From: Takakia lepidozioides
Lineage: Eukaryota > Plantae > Bryophyta
Length of the DNA stretch: 64,000 bases
Assembly: GCA_030704615.1 (NCBI GenBank)
Contig: CM060731.1
Span: 36,952,001 to 37,016,000, forward strand
Direction of reading: 5' to 3'
In this document: positions 62,881-64,000 of the stretch, piece by piece
Layout: every line of letters begins with the position of its first letter
Position numbering within the stretch: the first letter of the stretch is position 1
Program-made: the position numbers and the translations under genes
The notes under the pieces: generated by a model
Told to the model about the DNA's origin: nothing
Seen by the model: only the letters and a program-made list of their open reading frames with translations
Databases searched by the model: none

Positions 62881-64000
62881 ATGTGCGGGAGCATCATATG
62901 ATGGGTCTTCTGATGGCAATGAATGATGTGAACATGTTGGTTTCTCATTCTACAAGTTCTTGTTGTGGTTCCGTGGTTCTTTGGTTCCAATCCTCTGTTC
63001 TCGGTTCTTGAATTTCATTCTGACTTTCACACATCATTTTACAGAGGGACAAAGACATCGCATGTGAAAACGAGTCTGGTTCACACTCTATACAGGATAC
63101 AGAGGATCGGCCAGATGCCCTGAGCAACTTCAAAACCATCCTTTCAACAGAGACGTACAAGAAGTGCGAGAGCTCCAGGACATCAGAAACATGGTACTCG
63201 TTGACCCGTGAGGCTTTCATGGAGTATATGTACCCGGTGAGATACATCTTTCATCATCTGGCCTTTGGATATTCATGCTTCAAGATCTTTGTTTCTGTTT
63301 GTTTCCCTTGCCCTTCTGTTAATGCATCTGTCGTGCATTCTCTTACAGCAAGACATTGTAGATGCATGACAACGTGGCAAACTAAAATACTATAGCTCTA
63401 CCCCTGAAGAGAGAAGGACAACAAAGGGGGTTGAGAGTCACATCAAGCAAGAGATGACCGCCACAAAAAAAAAATATTATGAGTGCTTTTGTGGAGCAGT
63501 TGAGAATTGCCGACCCATCCTTCGGACCACAGTTTCTTCAAGAGGTGAAAAACCGTTTCAACAAGCCAGGCAAGCCGGAGATGGCCCATGAGAAGTTGCA
63601 CAGGTTGTCTACTGCCGTTGTTTCTTCAGAACAGAAGGTGAAGTGGCTGCAGATATGGAACTCCGATCCCATTGTTAGGGACACCCACATGTTCCCCAAG
63701 CCGGAGAAAGAGAAGAAGACCCAGCGTGTCATTCCAGTCAGTGACAATATGACGGATACATGGCTTCACAAGACCACTTACTGGAGCCAGGTATGATGTC
63801 CTTTGCTATGTCACTTTCTTTTCGTTTTTCTGTCTTTCTCTTTCCATGTTCCATTGGCTGTGATTGTTTTCTGGTTCATTCTTGCATTCGAATTGTTTTG
63901 CAGTTGGAGGAAATGGCCCAATCTGTTCTATATACGCAGCTGGCTGACTATGACATCACCATGACAACACCGAAGGTCACCTTCCAAGCATACATGCGGA
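62881..64000 (+). pseudogene. Third, diverged homologue (subfamily C) of the ParB-MTase cargo gene, middle exons
   Basis: LLMAMNDVN; exon 63045-63236 (VHTLYRIQRIG...TWYSLTREAFMEY); IADPSFG...PEMAHEKLHRL...WLQIWN. These align with exons 1-5 of genes A and B. Confidence 0.85.

Overview
A eukaryotic, repeat-saturated window made almost entirely of nested, partly inverted transposable elements, with a 500-N gap at 37368-37867. A non-seed land plant is the likely source (inference only). Contents: (i) three Ty3/Gypsy LTR-retrotransposon families, including one complete 13.2-kb copy (48433-61596, 952-bp LTRs, TSD CACAT); (ii) several copies, in three diverged subfamilies, of a large DNA element. 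In subfamily B, a spliced Mutator-type (MULE) DDE transposase lies divergently from a multi-exon cargo gene. That gene encodes a ParB/Srx-like domain (WDGNHR) fused to a beta-class N4C/N6A DNA-methyltransferase-like domain (DIPD in place of DPPY, plus LDFTCGTG). The non-coding DNA and introns are packed with subfamily-specific GGCGCC-centred palindromes. This ParB-MTase/palindrome MULE is the strongest candidate for an undescribed system. The second candidate is a PHD-finger Gypsy family whose 3' end reads PPT-A-GC-B-T-A, with a circle-junction-like CA-GC-TG site. A related LTR has a self-complementary, tRNA-independent primer site. Domain calls come from motif recognition by eye, not database searches. 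Many frameshifts sit in homopolymers and may be sequencing errors.
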